Program-made: the position numbers and the translations under genes | Shown here: piece after piece, positions 1 to 7,506 of the stretch | Layout: the number at the start of each line of letters is the position of its first letter | How positions within the stretch are numbered: the first letter of the stretch is position 1 | The notes under the pieces: generated by a model | What the model was told of the DNA's origin: nothing | Databases searched by the model: none | What the model saw: only the letters and a program-made list of their open reading frames with translations | Virus record (IMG/VR): IMGVR_UViG_3300045988_008560 | Coordinates: 1 to 42,920 of that record | Origin: a virus | Reading direction: 5' to 3' (one strand) | DNA length: 42,920 bases

Positions 1-99
1 ATTTTTTTTGCGATACTATAAAGGTTTACTCTCTCGCTCGCCCTCGTCCCATGCAAGCTCATCCAAGCTGACGTGGTAATGATTCGCTATCAGCTTTAA
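1..99. repeat. 99-bp terminal direct repeat, identical to 42822..42920
   Basis: attttttttgcgatactataaagg...gattcgctatcagctttaa read at both ends; consistent with k-mer overlap of a circular assembly or true terminal redundancy. Confidence 0.9.
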
Positions 100-246
100 C
101 TGGCTGAGAGCCGGTTCATTTTCCCCGGTTTCGTACTTCCGCAGCGTATCATGTCCAATTCCGATCAACTCCGCTTTCACTCTCATACTTTTAGCAGGCC
201 GCTCAGATTCTCTCAATTTGCGCAGCCGCTCCGGGAATGTACTCAT
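16..246 (-). CDS. XRE/Cro-C1 family HTH transcriptional regulator
   Basis: ORF 16..303 trimmed to ATG 246 preceded by GAGGTG; MSTFPERLRKLRE...TLRKYETGENEPALSQLKLIANHYHVSLDEL is a classic XRE HTH. Confidence 0.85.
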   Translation of the reverse strand: MSTFPERLRKLRESERPAKSMRVKAELIGIGHDTLRKYETGENEPALSQLKLIANHYHVSLDELAWDEGERESKPL

Positions 247-259
247 GCTATCACCTCGG

Positions 260-457
260 TCATACGCACTCCCCAATCTTCCGCAGCAATGCCACCAGGT
301 CATAAAAACAATGCGGGTCTAACCCGGTCTCTTTCTTGATGCGATCAAACCTGTAGCCCGCCGTATTGCGGTGCATATAGACCTGCCGTGCAGCCTGCTC
401 CAGGTTCATGTTGTTTTCCGCATATGCCCTTAGCAGGGCTTTGTCATCGTTTGTCAT
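260..457 (-). CDS. PucR/CdaR-type HTH protein
   Basis: LEQAARQVYMHRNTAGYRFDRIKKETGLDP matches PucR C-terminal HTH pattern; ATG 457 follows GGAGGAGG. Confidence 0.7.
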   Translation of the reverse strand: MTNDDKALLRAYAENNMNLEQAARQVYMHRNTAGYRFDRIKKETGLDPHCFYDLVALLRKIGECV

Positions 458-458
458 G

Positions 459-800
459 TTACCTCCTCCCATATGTCACTTTCCGCAGCTCATGATACCG
501 CTCTGGGAACGGCCTTAGCTCCTGTTTGCCGCCGATGATCTGGGCCATCACCCGATCCATGTGCTCCTGCATCACGTCCGCCGCCGGGTCGTTGGAATTG
601 AGGGCGGGCGTGTACTCCTTTTGTGTCTGCTGCCACGCCTCCGTCAGGCGCATGATCCGGTCATACCCCCAGCCCTCCGTCTGGTGGAGGGTCATTTGCA
701 GGGTGTCGATCATGTACTGTGAGGTTAGCCGCTGGGCGGCGTCTACTTTCGCCTGGGCGAATTGCTCGGCAAAGGCAATCATGCCGGATTGTTTAGCCAT
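459..800 (-). CDS. hypothetical early protein
   Basis: 113-aa ORF in operon frame, tightly packed with neighbours. Confidence 0.75.
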   Translation of the reverse strand: MAKQSGMIAFAEQFAQAKVDAAQRLTSQYMIDTLQMTLHQTEGWGYDRIMRLTEAWQQTQKEYTPALNSNDPAADVMQEHMDRVMAQIIGGKQELRPFPERYHELRKVTYGRR

Positions 801-924
801 CAGCGCACTCCTTCCGCTCGATATAGCAGCTCAACTCGGGATCATCCGTATCACAACAGACACAGCACGGCTTTCCATCGCAAGAACTGGGCGGATAGTA
901 GAGACAGGATTCGCAGTTGTTCAT
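793..924 (-). CDS. small Cys-rich protein (43 aa), not in ORF track
   Basis: Hand translation MNNCESCLYYPPSSCDGKPCCVCCDTDDPELSCYIERKECADG; ATGA overlap with stop of 921..1217 gene. Confidence 0.4.
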   Translation of the reverse strand: MNNCESCLYYPPSSCDGKPCCVCCDTDDPELSCYIERKECADG

Positions 925-1217
925 GCGTCCTCCTTTCTCTCGCCGAAGCCACAAAAGAATGTCCTTGTGTCCAGCTCAAACGGCAAAAACGCGATGTTTG
1001 TTTTAGGGCAAAATGCGTACATATCTTTTCGATTCCACACGCACAAATGCTTGCAGTCCTTGCACCGCGTCACGACTACGGCATCAACGGTGGGAGCGTT
1101 ATCAATAGCATTATGGATAAGACGCAAAGCCGTGCCGCCAGTCACGCTCCATTCCTCATCGGATGGCTCGTAGGGTTTAAGATGGCCAAGCGCCCAATCA
1201 GCATCAATCAGCCTCAT
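921..1217 (-). CDS. hypothetical early protein
   Basis: ORF 921..1244 trimmed to ATG 1217 (MRLIDADWAL...) with GGAGG 8 nt upstream. Confidence 0.75.
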   Translation of the reverse strand: MRLIDADWALGHLKPYEPSDEEWSVTGGTALRLIHNAIDNAPTVDAVVVTRCKDCKHLCVWNRKDMYAFCPKTNIAFLPFELDTRTFFCGFGERKEDA

Positions 1218-1452
1218 GGTCAGCACCTCCGTCCTTATTCGCATTTTTCTTCCATTTAATATAGGAATCTCTATTCATGCGGTATTCATAGATCAGGCTT
1301 TCTGCTCGGAGGATATCCCTCCACTTATCACTTGCAGCTACCCAAGCCCAACCGGCGGCATAGATTACCAAGCTAAGAACAATCGCCACCAGCGCAACAC
1401 CGCCGACAATCATAAAGGCCGCGCCAATATTCACCATCACGGTATCTATCAT
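1204..1452 (-). CDS. small membrane protein
   Basis: NIGAAFMIVGGVALVAIVLSLVIYAAGWAWV is a long hydrophobic span. Confidence 0.7.
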   Translation of the reverse strand: MIDTVMVNIGAAFMIVGGVALVAIVLSLVIYAAGWAWVAASDKWRDILRAESLIYEYRMNRDSYIKWKKNANKDGGADHEAD

Positions 1453-1736
1453 TCGCTGTCACCTCCGTCCATCTTGGCCACCGCTACAAACTCAAGAACC
1501 GTGTCTACAATCGCCCTGTCAATTCGCGCCTGCAAACTGCATTTGTTTTCGAGCACAACCGGCATTTCAGATAAGGACTTGTTATAATAAGCCGTTTTGC
1601 GAACAACCCATTTGCCATTCCAAAAATCAATAGAATAGCCGCTGGATTTTGATGCCTCCATCTTTGCCGACTTTGCAGTTCCAGTTTTCACAAAGTAGCT
1701 TTCTCGTGTCACCCACGGATTCTTGTATATCTTCAT
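1449..1736 (-). CDS. hypothetical early protein
   Basis: 95-aa ORF, 4-nt overlaps with both neighbours. Confidence 0.75.
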   Translation of the reverse strand: MKIYKNPWVTRESYFVKTGTAKSAKMEASKSSGYSIDFWNGKWVVRKTAYYNKSLSEMPVVLENKCSLQARIDRAIVDTVLEFVAVAKMDGGDSE

Positions 1737-2182
1737 TCAGCACCTCCGTCCATCTTCGCCCCGCAGTTGGGGCAGTAGATATATTCGTTGTTAAAGGAAA
1801 TGCCTCCGCAGACGGAACAAGCCCATCCATACGGTGCGTGTTTTGGCAGTTCCCCAAAACCGGCATCCGACCACAACCCATGCACCACCGTGGCCACGTC
1901 GGAAGGCCGTACAGGATTCACTTCTTTTCCTTCTCCGATACATGTCAATGCTGCAAGGATACGGTCGCCATGATAATAGCTATGTCCTGCAATAACTCTG
2001 TAGATGTCGTGAAGTGATACTGCCTTAGCAGCAGGAATGCCGTAAAAATCCTCCGCCAAATCGTTATAGGCGTCTGCGTAGATTCCGCTTTCCCCACCAA
2101 GCTCTTCAAACGCTTTTTGACATTCTTCCGATTGCTCACGGATATAAGCGATTGCCGCTTCCCGCTTAATGTATTCAGCCAT
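1733..2182 (-). CDS. hypothetical protein with C-terminal zinc ribbon
   Basis: CSVCGG...YCPNCGAKM at C-terminus; coupled to neighbours. Confidence 0.75.
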   Translation of the reverse strand: MAEYIKREAAIAYIREQSEECQKAFEELGGESGIYADAYNDLAEDFYGIPAAKAVSLHDIYRVIAGHSYYHGDRILAALTCIGEGKEVNPVRPSDVATVVHGLWSDAGFGELPKHAPYGWACSVCGGISFNNEYIYCPNCGAKMDGGAE

Positions 2183-2378
2183 TTTCAGCCCTCCCGTAAA
2201 ATGCCTCTAAGTCATCCTGTGCCTTGTCCACAAAATCGGGGCAAGCTACGCACTCCGGCAATGGGGCATCCGTCATGGGGTCAACCCATCCGAGGCAGTA
2301 GATACGGTCTTTCTTGCCGTCGTTCCATTCGTGGGACGGACGCCCTCTCTTGCCAAAAGCGCACTTAACAGTTGCCAT
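2175..2378 (-). CDS. hypothetical early protein
   Basis: ORF 2175..2402 trimmed to MATVKCAFGK at 2378, just after stop of ASCH gene. Confidence 0.65.
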   Translation of the reverse strand: MATVKCAFGKRGRPSHEWNDGKKDRIYCLGWVDPMTDAPLPECVACPDFVDKAQDDLEAFYGRAENG

Positions 2379-2380
2379 TG

Positions 2381-2929
2381 TCAGACCTCCTCCACATAGC
2401 ACCAGCTCTGGGGCGGGCGCTTAATGTTACCGCCAAATTTTTTGCAGTCCGTGCATTCCCATGTGTATTCTGCATGGCAAGAATCGCACGGGTCAGTTGC
2501 ACGCTGGAACTCGCTTAGCTCCCGCGGCTGGTCATAGATCAGCAGGTCTGAGATGTGCCAGCCGTACAGCCACTTGCCGTTGGCATAATTCTGGAAATCT
2601 TCCGGGTGCATACACGCACGGTCAAGGTCAAAATCGTTCCAACGCGCGTAGTCCTCATGTCGGAACGAGAAAATCGTATCATCGTCATACTCATCGATTC
2701 GGTCACAGGTAAACTCTCCAATGACCTTGCCGCCGCCGTAAAACTGTGGCCTTGGATAGTCCGTCGCAATGAAGTCCTCGTGCGGATATTTTGGCAGCGT
2801 GCAATAGATATAGGCCTTAAACGGCGTTGGCAAATTTGGTCTGGTCTTTCTGACTTCGATGGTCTTTTCGCCGTTGGCGATCTTCTCCACCCACTTGGGG
2901 CGGATGCTGATAAGTACGGCTTTACTCAT
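2381..2929 (-). CDS. ASCH (PUA-like) domain protein
   Basis: MSKAVLISIRPKWVEKIANGEKTIEVRKTRP is the typical ASCH N-terminal beta-barrel signature. Confidence 0.7.
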   Translation of the reverse strand: MSKAVLISIRPKWVEKIANGEKTIEVRKTRPNLPTPFKAYIYCTLPKYPHEDFIATDYPRPQFYGGGKVIGEFTCDRIDEYDDDTIFSFRHEDYARWNDFDLDRACMHPEDFQNYANGKWLYGWHISDLLIYDQPRELSEFQRATDPCDSCHAEYTWECTDCKKFGGNIKRPPQSWCYVEEV

Positions 2930-3371
2930 CCTTTATCGCCTCCAATGCACGCTTCGCCTCCTCGCGGGTGAGGAATACGGTCTTGCCGATTTCATTAACC
3001 GGTACGCCGAAAATGGATTTATCAACAAACCCGGCTACGATATCCCATTCAATGAATGTACAAAACAATTCCACGCGAATTGCCTTTACTCGGTATTCGC
3101 TTATGGTTTTTCGACTTGTAACCTCATACACCGTATCTCCCGCCTTGCACGGTAGCACCGCCAGCCGACCGGCCTTGTCGGCCTTAATCCATTCTTTAAT
3201 CTTTTCAAGGCCATTCGCATGTATCCATATTGCTAATTCTGCGGTTTCTTGCACAAGTTCGGGTGTCAGCCCCGTGTCCTCGTAGGCGGCAAGGCGGTTT
3301 GCCGCTTCACCGCTTCCGCAATGATAAGACCAACACCCGTATTCTTCGTTCCAATAGGTCAATCGCTCCAT
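2922..3371 (-). CDS. hypothetical early protein
   Basis: ORF 2922..3416 trimmed to MERLTYWNEEYG (ATG 3371) preceded by GGAGGA. Confidence 0.75.
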   Translation of the reverse strand: MERLTYWNEEYGCWSYHCGSGEAANRLAAYEDTGLTPELVQETAELAIWIHANGLEKIKEWIKADKAGRLAVLPCKAGDTVYEVTSRKTISEYRVKAIRVELFCTFIEWDIVAGFVDKSIFGVPVNEIGKTVFLTREEAKRALEAIKDE

Positions 3372-3397
3372 CACATTTCCTCCATTCTGAGCCTTGC

Positions 3398-3664
3398 TCA
3401 CGGCTTGCCCTCCCACGGGGTCTCAAGCCATTTTTTAATTTCATGCCAATCTTCTGGCATCGTCGAAACACCAGAGAGGTTTTTCACGATGATATCCATC
3501 CGGAAATTGCACAGCACCCCGGCCAGCTCGTTGTCCGTCATGCTCCGGATCCGGTCGGCAATGGTAACGGGCCACGTGCGATACGGGCACTTTTCGATTG
3601 CGGCGCAGTTTTCAAAGTCATAGCCTATCTGCATGGGGCAGTTTTCACCGGTGCACTTTTTCAT
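3398..3664 (-). CDS. hypothetical Cys-containing early protein
   Basis: 88-aa ORF, 4-nt overlap with upstream gene. Confidence 0.75.
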   Translation of the reverse strand: MKKCTGENCPMQIGYDFENCAAIEKCPYRTWPVTIADRIRSMTDNELAGVLCNFRMDIIVKNLSGVSTMPEDWHEIKKWLETPWEGKP

Positions 3665-3927
3665 AATTTCACCTCCGGTATCCAGCGCCGTTCAAGCAGC
3701 TCCGCGCTTTTCTTGGCCAACAAGGCCGATGCCTCCCGAAGCTGCTCGTTCTGGCTCCGCAGCCACTCAATCTCCCTTTGCAAGGCCAAGATGTAGGTGT
3801 TTTGGTTGGCAATCCGGTCGGCTGCTTCTGTCAGATCATCGCCCAGCGTGATCGGCGTTTCCCACTCATTTGCCTGTGCCCATTCTGCGTGCTCACGCAG
3901 CGAATTTACGAGGTTTGTATCTCTCAT
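3661..3927 (-). CDS. hypothetical coiled-coil protein
   Basis: ILALQREIEWLRSQNEQLREASALLAKKSAELLE heptad-like helix; ATGA coupling. Confidence 0.75.
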   Translation of the reverse strand: MRDTNLVNSLREHAEWAQANEWETPITLGDDLTEAADRIANQNTYILALQREIEWLRSQNEQLREASALLAKKSAELLERRWIPEVKL

Positions 3928-5621
3928 AATTCATCCTTTCCGTATGGGAACAAAAAGCGCCCCATGTCTCCTGGTTTCTCTACCGTGCCGAACCGCCGTT
4001 TGGTCACTGCGATGGGAAACTCTTCAATCTCGCTGGCCCATAGGCACGTTCCGCGTCCGTTCAACTGCTCCCAGATCAGCGGGAAACCACCTATTCCATC
4101 GAACAAACTTGCCATAGTCGCGTCCCGCTCGTAGTTGCCGCACAGCCGTTTCAACAGCCATTTCCACGGCGGCAGGGCGATGGAGTTGCCCAGTGCCTTA
4201 TACCGGGGGCTGTCCGCGTCCTTATGGCGCTTGCCCTTGCTGTCCGTCCACTCGCCCAAGTCGGTCCAGTGGTCAGGGAATCCCTGAAGCCGTTCGCACT
4301 CCAACGGGGTCAGACGGCGAACAACACGGTTCTGCACCGGGTATGTCTCCGAATCCTCCCGGAAATCGCAGTTTGCTTTTGCCTTTAGCGTGTGTGCAAT
4401 ATCCGGTACAGCCGCTCCGCATACCAGCATATCGTTATAGGCATCCTGCCCATTATAGCTCCCTGCGTGTGCTCCGGGCGATAAAGTCCCGGTGGTTTTC
4501 TGGTACGTCAGCGGGATTTGGTTGCCGCCGGTTCCCATACGGGCTTGCAGACTGGGAGCTACCTCACCGCAGTCTCGGATGACATCGCAGGCGTGGCTCA
4601 TATCCAGAATGGCGCACGGCACATGGGCGTTGGCGTTCAGCGTGTGACAGGGCTTCCCAAAATCAGGAATACTCCCATTCTGCTTGCTGGTGATCTGCGT
4701 AGTGTCAAACGCCATGACCGCTGGTTGGTGCCAATGCTCCTGTGCTCTCAGCGTCCCGGAAACATCATGGCTCACGCCCATCATGCTACCGCCCTGATTG
4801 TTCAGGCACAGCACCGATTCCTGATTCTGGCCGCTGTTTTCTCCGGCTGGCAGCGTTGGCATCACACCGGCTTCGCTGTATACCCGCTTGCTCTGGCAAT
4901 CCCATGGGGTCAAGCAGTTTTGAAAAATCGTCTGGTCATTGCCGGTGCCAAGCGTACCGCTTTTCTCCGTCTGGACTAAGGCTCCTTTTCCTCCTCCGTC
5001 ACAGCCCCCCCTGATTCGGACTGCGCAAGCAGCACCGCTTTCAGCACCGGCGGAAGGTCTTTCCCCCTCCGCTCCGCTCTCCGCAGGATACCCTGACACG
5101 CTTTGCTGCTCAAACAATATTTCCCATGCGGTGTCGCCTCCAAAATCTGCGACAAGCGCGATTCTACGGCGACGTTGGGGGACTCCCCAGTGTTGCGCAT
5201 CGAGCACTCGCCACGCAACGCTCCATCGTCCTCCCATTTCATCGTGGTATCCCCCCCAGGTGTTCCAACCTTTTTCAGGCACTTCAATATCGGGGGCTTC
5301 CGGCTCTGCGACCCGGATGGCTTCTTCGAGGACGGCCGCAAAGTCTTTTCCTCCGTTGCTTGAGAAGGCTCCGGGAACATTTTCCCAGACCATATACCGA
5401 GGTCGCAGAAACTCACCTGTTCTCCCGCTTGCCATGTCATGTTCTCTCATCTCCTTCACGACCCTGATCTGTTCCATGTATAGGCCGGAGCGCGCCCCGG
5501 CCAGCCCTGTCCGCTTTCCGGCAATAGAAAGGTCCTGACACGGACTGCCGCCGATCACCACATCCACAACGGGGGCCTCCGCTCCATTGATCTTCGTTAT
5601 GTCACCAAGATGGAGCATCAT
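3924..5621 (-). CDS. DNA (cytosine-5) methyltransferase with circularly permuted motif order (III-X then I-II)
   Basis: From SD-linked ATGATG (5621/5618): LGDITK (III), GGSPCQDLS (IV), ENVPG (VI), QRRRR (VIII), long TRD, RRLTPLECERLQGFP (IX), RYKALGNSIALP (X), then MASLFDGIGGFP (I) and WASEIEEFP (II) in the last 63 aa. Confidence 0.85.
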   Translation of the reverse strand: MMLHLGDITKINGAEAPVVDVVIGGSPCQDLSIAGKRTGLAGARSGLYMEQIRVVKEMREHDMASGRTGEFLRPRYMVWENVPGAFSSNGGKDFAAVLEEAIRVAEPEAPDIEVPEKGWNTWGGYHDEMGGRWSVAWRVLDAQHWGVPQRRRRIALVADFGGDTAWEILFEQQSVSGYPAESGAEGERPSAGAESGAACAVRIRGGCDGGGKGALVQTEKSGTLGTGNDQTIFQNCLTPWDCQSKRVYSEAGVMPTLPAGENSGQNQESVLCLNNQGGSMMGVSHDVSGTLRAQEHWHQPAVMAFDTTQITSKQNGSIPDFGKPCHTLNANAHVPCAILDMSHACDVIRDCGEVAPSLQARMGTGGNQIPLTYQKTTGTLSPGAHAGSYNGQDAYNDMLVCGAAVPDIAHTLKAKANCDFREDSETYPVQNRVVRRLTPLECERLQGFPDHWTDLGEWTDSKGKRHKDADSPRYKALGNSIALPPWKWLLKRLCGNYERDATMASLFDGIGGFPLIWEQLNGRGTCLWASEIEEFPIAVTKRRFGTVEKPGDMGRFLFPYGKDEL

Positions 5622-5944
5622 TCCACCTCCGCAAGCCAGAATTTCTTCCGGCACTCCGGGCAACATCCAACGCCGGGGCAATTCCCACGCAATACTGCAT
5701 CCACTTCGCAGGGGGATATTTTAACGATCCCGGTATCTGGAAATATTGGCGCATTGGGAAACATCTCCAAAAACACGCTCTGGCGGGTTTTGATAGGGTG
5801 CTCGGCGGTCCACCGCTCGACAAACTTCACCGCCCATGTGTTATCTCCTGCTGTCCTGTAATCGTTGTAGCGCATTTTTTCTTCGGTAGACCCCCTTTTG
5901 CTGAGACGGTCAACCTTGTCCAAAAACTCCACAGCATCCATCAT
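5618..5944 (-). CDS. hypothetical early protein
   Basis: 108-aa ORF; its last codons carry the GGAGGTGG SD of the methyltransferase. Confidence 0.75.
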   Translation of the reverse strand: MMDAVEFLDKVDRLSKRGSTEEKMRYNDYRTAGDNTWAVKFVERWTAEHPIKTRQSVFLEMFPNAPIFPDTGIVKISPCEVDAVLRGNCPGVGCCPECRKKFWLAEVE

Positions 5945-6318
5945 TCTGCCTCCTCAATTTCCACGCGGATCGTATCTCCGCCCCAAAATTTGTGTTCCAC
6001 GGCACGGAACCATTTGCGGTTATCATCCGGCAAAATATAGCCTTTCATCGCGTCCACAAAGGCTTTGCCCAGCGCGCCGTGATTGTCAACGTCCAAATTG
6101 TCATTCCAGAAAAACGTCACCTTTACGGGGTAATTTACCAGGCATTTTGTAACACCTGCTTTGCGCATTGCCCAGTGGGCCAAGGTATGTAGCTCTTCCG
6201 CGTCCTTCTTCCGCTGTGACCAATGCTTACCGGCGTAATACGCGTTCAGGCCAAACCGCTTGTTCCACGCCGCTTTACCGCGTTTTGTTGCCGGATAGGG
6301 GATCTCAAATGCAATCAC
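5941..6318 (-). CDS. rusA: RusA-family Holliday junction resolvase
   Basis: GTG start; NLDVDNHGALGKAFVDAMKGYILPDDNRKW fits the RusA acidic catalytic pattern (D..N..K..D...DD). Confidence 0.7.
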   Translation of the reverse strand: MIAFEIPYPATKRGKAAWNKRFGLNAYYAGKHWSQRKKDAEELHTLAHWAMRKAGVTKCLVNYPVKVTFFWNDNLDVDNHGALGKAFVDAMKGYILPDDNRKWFRAVEHKFWGGDTIRVEIEEAE

Positions 6319-6452
6319 CGCTTCTCCCCCTTGCCATCGGTAATGACGCTGACCACCCGGACGCGGCCCAGAGGCTCCAGCAGCATGGCCACCGCCTCCT
6401 TCGTTCCCTGTGTGTCCTCGCCATCGTAAATGTCAATCACAAGCCGGATCAT
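6315..6452 (-). CDS. small hypothetical protein (45 aa), not in ORF track
   Basis: Hand translation MIRLVIDIYDGEDTQGTKEAVAMLLEPLGRVRVVSVITDGKGEKR; ATGA overlap upstream and GTGA overlap downstream. Confidence 0.4.
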   Translation of the reverse strand: MIRLVIDIYDGEDTQGTKEAVAMLLEPLGRVRVVSVITDGKGEKR

Positions 6453-7249
6453 GTTGCTTCTCCCATTCGCATTTGCTCAAATTCCGGCTTTTCAAACAGT
6501 GGTGCAAGCATTTCCCCCTTTGCCGCTTTGTAAAACGCCTTATCAACCTCAAAGCCGTAGGCATTGCGCCCTAACTCATATGCGGCCCGGAGCGTAGACC
6601 CGCTGCCAGCGCAAGGGTCAATCACCACATCGCCGGGATCCGTAAATACGGAAATCAGCTTTTTCAAGACACCAATCGGCTTCTGCGTTGGGTGTACCTT
6701 CGGATACTCGCTGCGCTTGTCACGCTCCCACGAGATCCAGTCAAATACCATGTGCCGCTCTCCGTCTGCCCCCACGTTGCGGAATTTCGGCAACTTGTCC
6801 CGGTAGAGGACAACGGCAAACTCCGTCGCGCCGACAATTTTCATGTTGGCCTTCAGCACTTGCGCCGAATAGTTTTTTACGAAAAACAAGGGGTAAGACT
6901 TCATAAACCCGTATTGCTTTCCGTACTCGATCACCGTCTGCATCTGCTCAAAGGCGCAGAATACGATCATGGCCGGTGCCTGCCCCTTTTCCTTCGGCTC
7001 CTTCCGCAGCATCCGGTTGCAGAAGTGCATATACTCCGCAATGCGAAAATTCCCGTCCGTGTGAAAAAAGCTCTGCTTCGCCAGCTTGCTTTCTCCGTTC
7101 TTGTTGTCACCGTCCTTGTACCACATAGGGTTAGAAGCGTATGCATCCGCACCGATGTTGTACGGAATATCCGCGATCACAAGTTGTGCTTTCGGTACAT
7201 TGTATCGCTTAAAATTTTGAAAATTATCGTGGTAAAGTTCACACTTCAT
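6449..7249 (-). CDS. N6-adenine/N4-cytosine DNA methyltransferase, beta-class motif order
   Basis: ORF trimmed to MKCELYHD (7249); catalytic VIADIPYN (DPPY variant) precedes HPTQKP and AdoMet motif VVIDPCAGSGST. Confidence 0.8.
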   Translation of the reverse strand: MKCELYHDNFQNFKRYNVPKAQLVIADIPYNIGADAYASNPMWYKDGDNKNGESKLAKQSFFHTDGNFRIAEYMHFCNRMLRKEPKEKGQAPAMIVFCAFEQMQTVIEYGKQYGFMKSYPLFFVKNYSAQVLKANMKIVGATEFAVVLYRDKLPKFRNVGADGERHMVFDWISWERDKRSEYPKVHPTQKPIGVLKKLISVFTDPGDVVIDPCAGSGSTLRAAYELGRNAYGFEVDKAFYKAAKGEMLAPLFEKPEFEQMRMGEAT

Positions 7250-7251
7250 CG

Positions 7252-7506
7252 TTATCCCCTCCTGAATTTTGGGCAGGCGCGGACGCTGAAAGATTTCTCT
7301 ACAAACTTCCCGCTGACCGTCCGTGTTGTGGCTATCGCATCCCATCCGGGGACCGGCTCAAACCGCGCCGACCACTCGCAGCCGCCGTATACATTAGCGC
7401 AGTCCCAACAAAGCTGCTGAGACTGGTACGTCACCTCCGGCGTCCTTGCCGCCTTCCATCTCCGGCACGGGCGCACCAGATCAGCCAGCTTAAAATCTCC
7501 CGCCAT
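7252..7506 (-). CDS. hypothetical Cys-rich protein
   Basis: Trimmed to MAGDFKLAD; start overlaps the upstream stop codon by 1 nt; CWDCANVYGGCEW. Confidence 0.7.
   Translation of the reverse strand: MAGDFKLADLVRPCRRWKAARTPEVTYQSQQLCWDCANVYGGCEWSARFEPVPGWDAIATTRTVSGKFVEKSFSVRACPKFRRG

Noticed and set aside
5622-5681. The N-terminal extension of the methyltransferase ORF (MPRRWMLPGVPEEILACGGG) as a cryptic motif I
   Set aside because: It overlaps the upstream gene by 64 nt and lacks an SD. ILACGGG would sit only about 8 residues before motif III, where roughly 45 are normal. A genuine LFDGIGG motif exists at the C-terminus.
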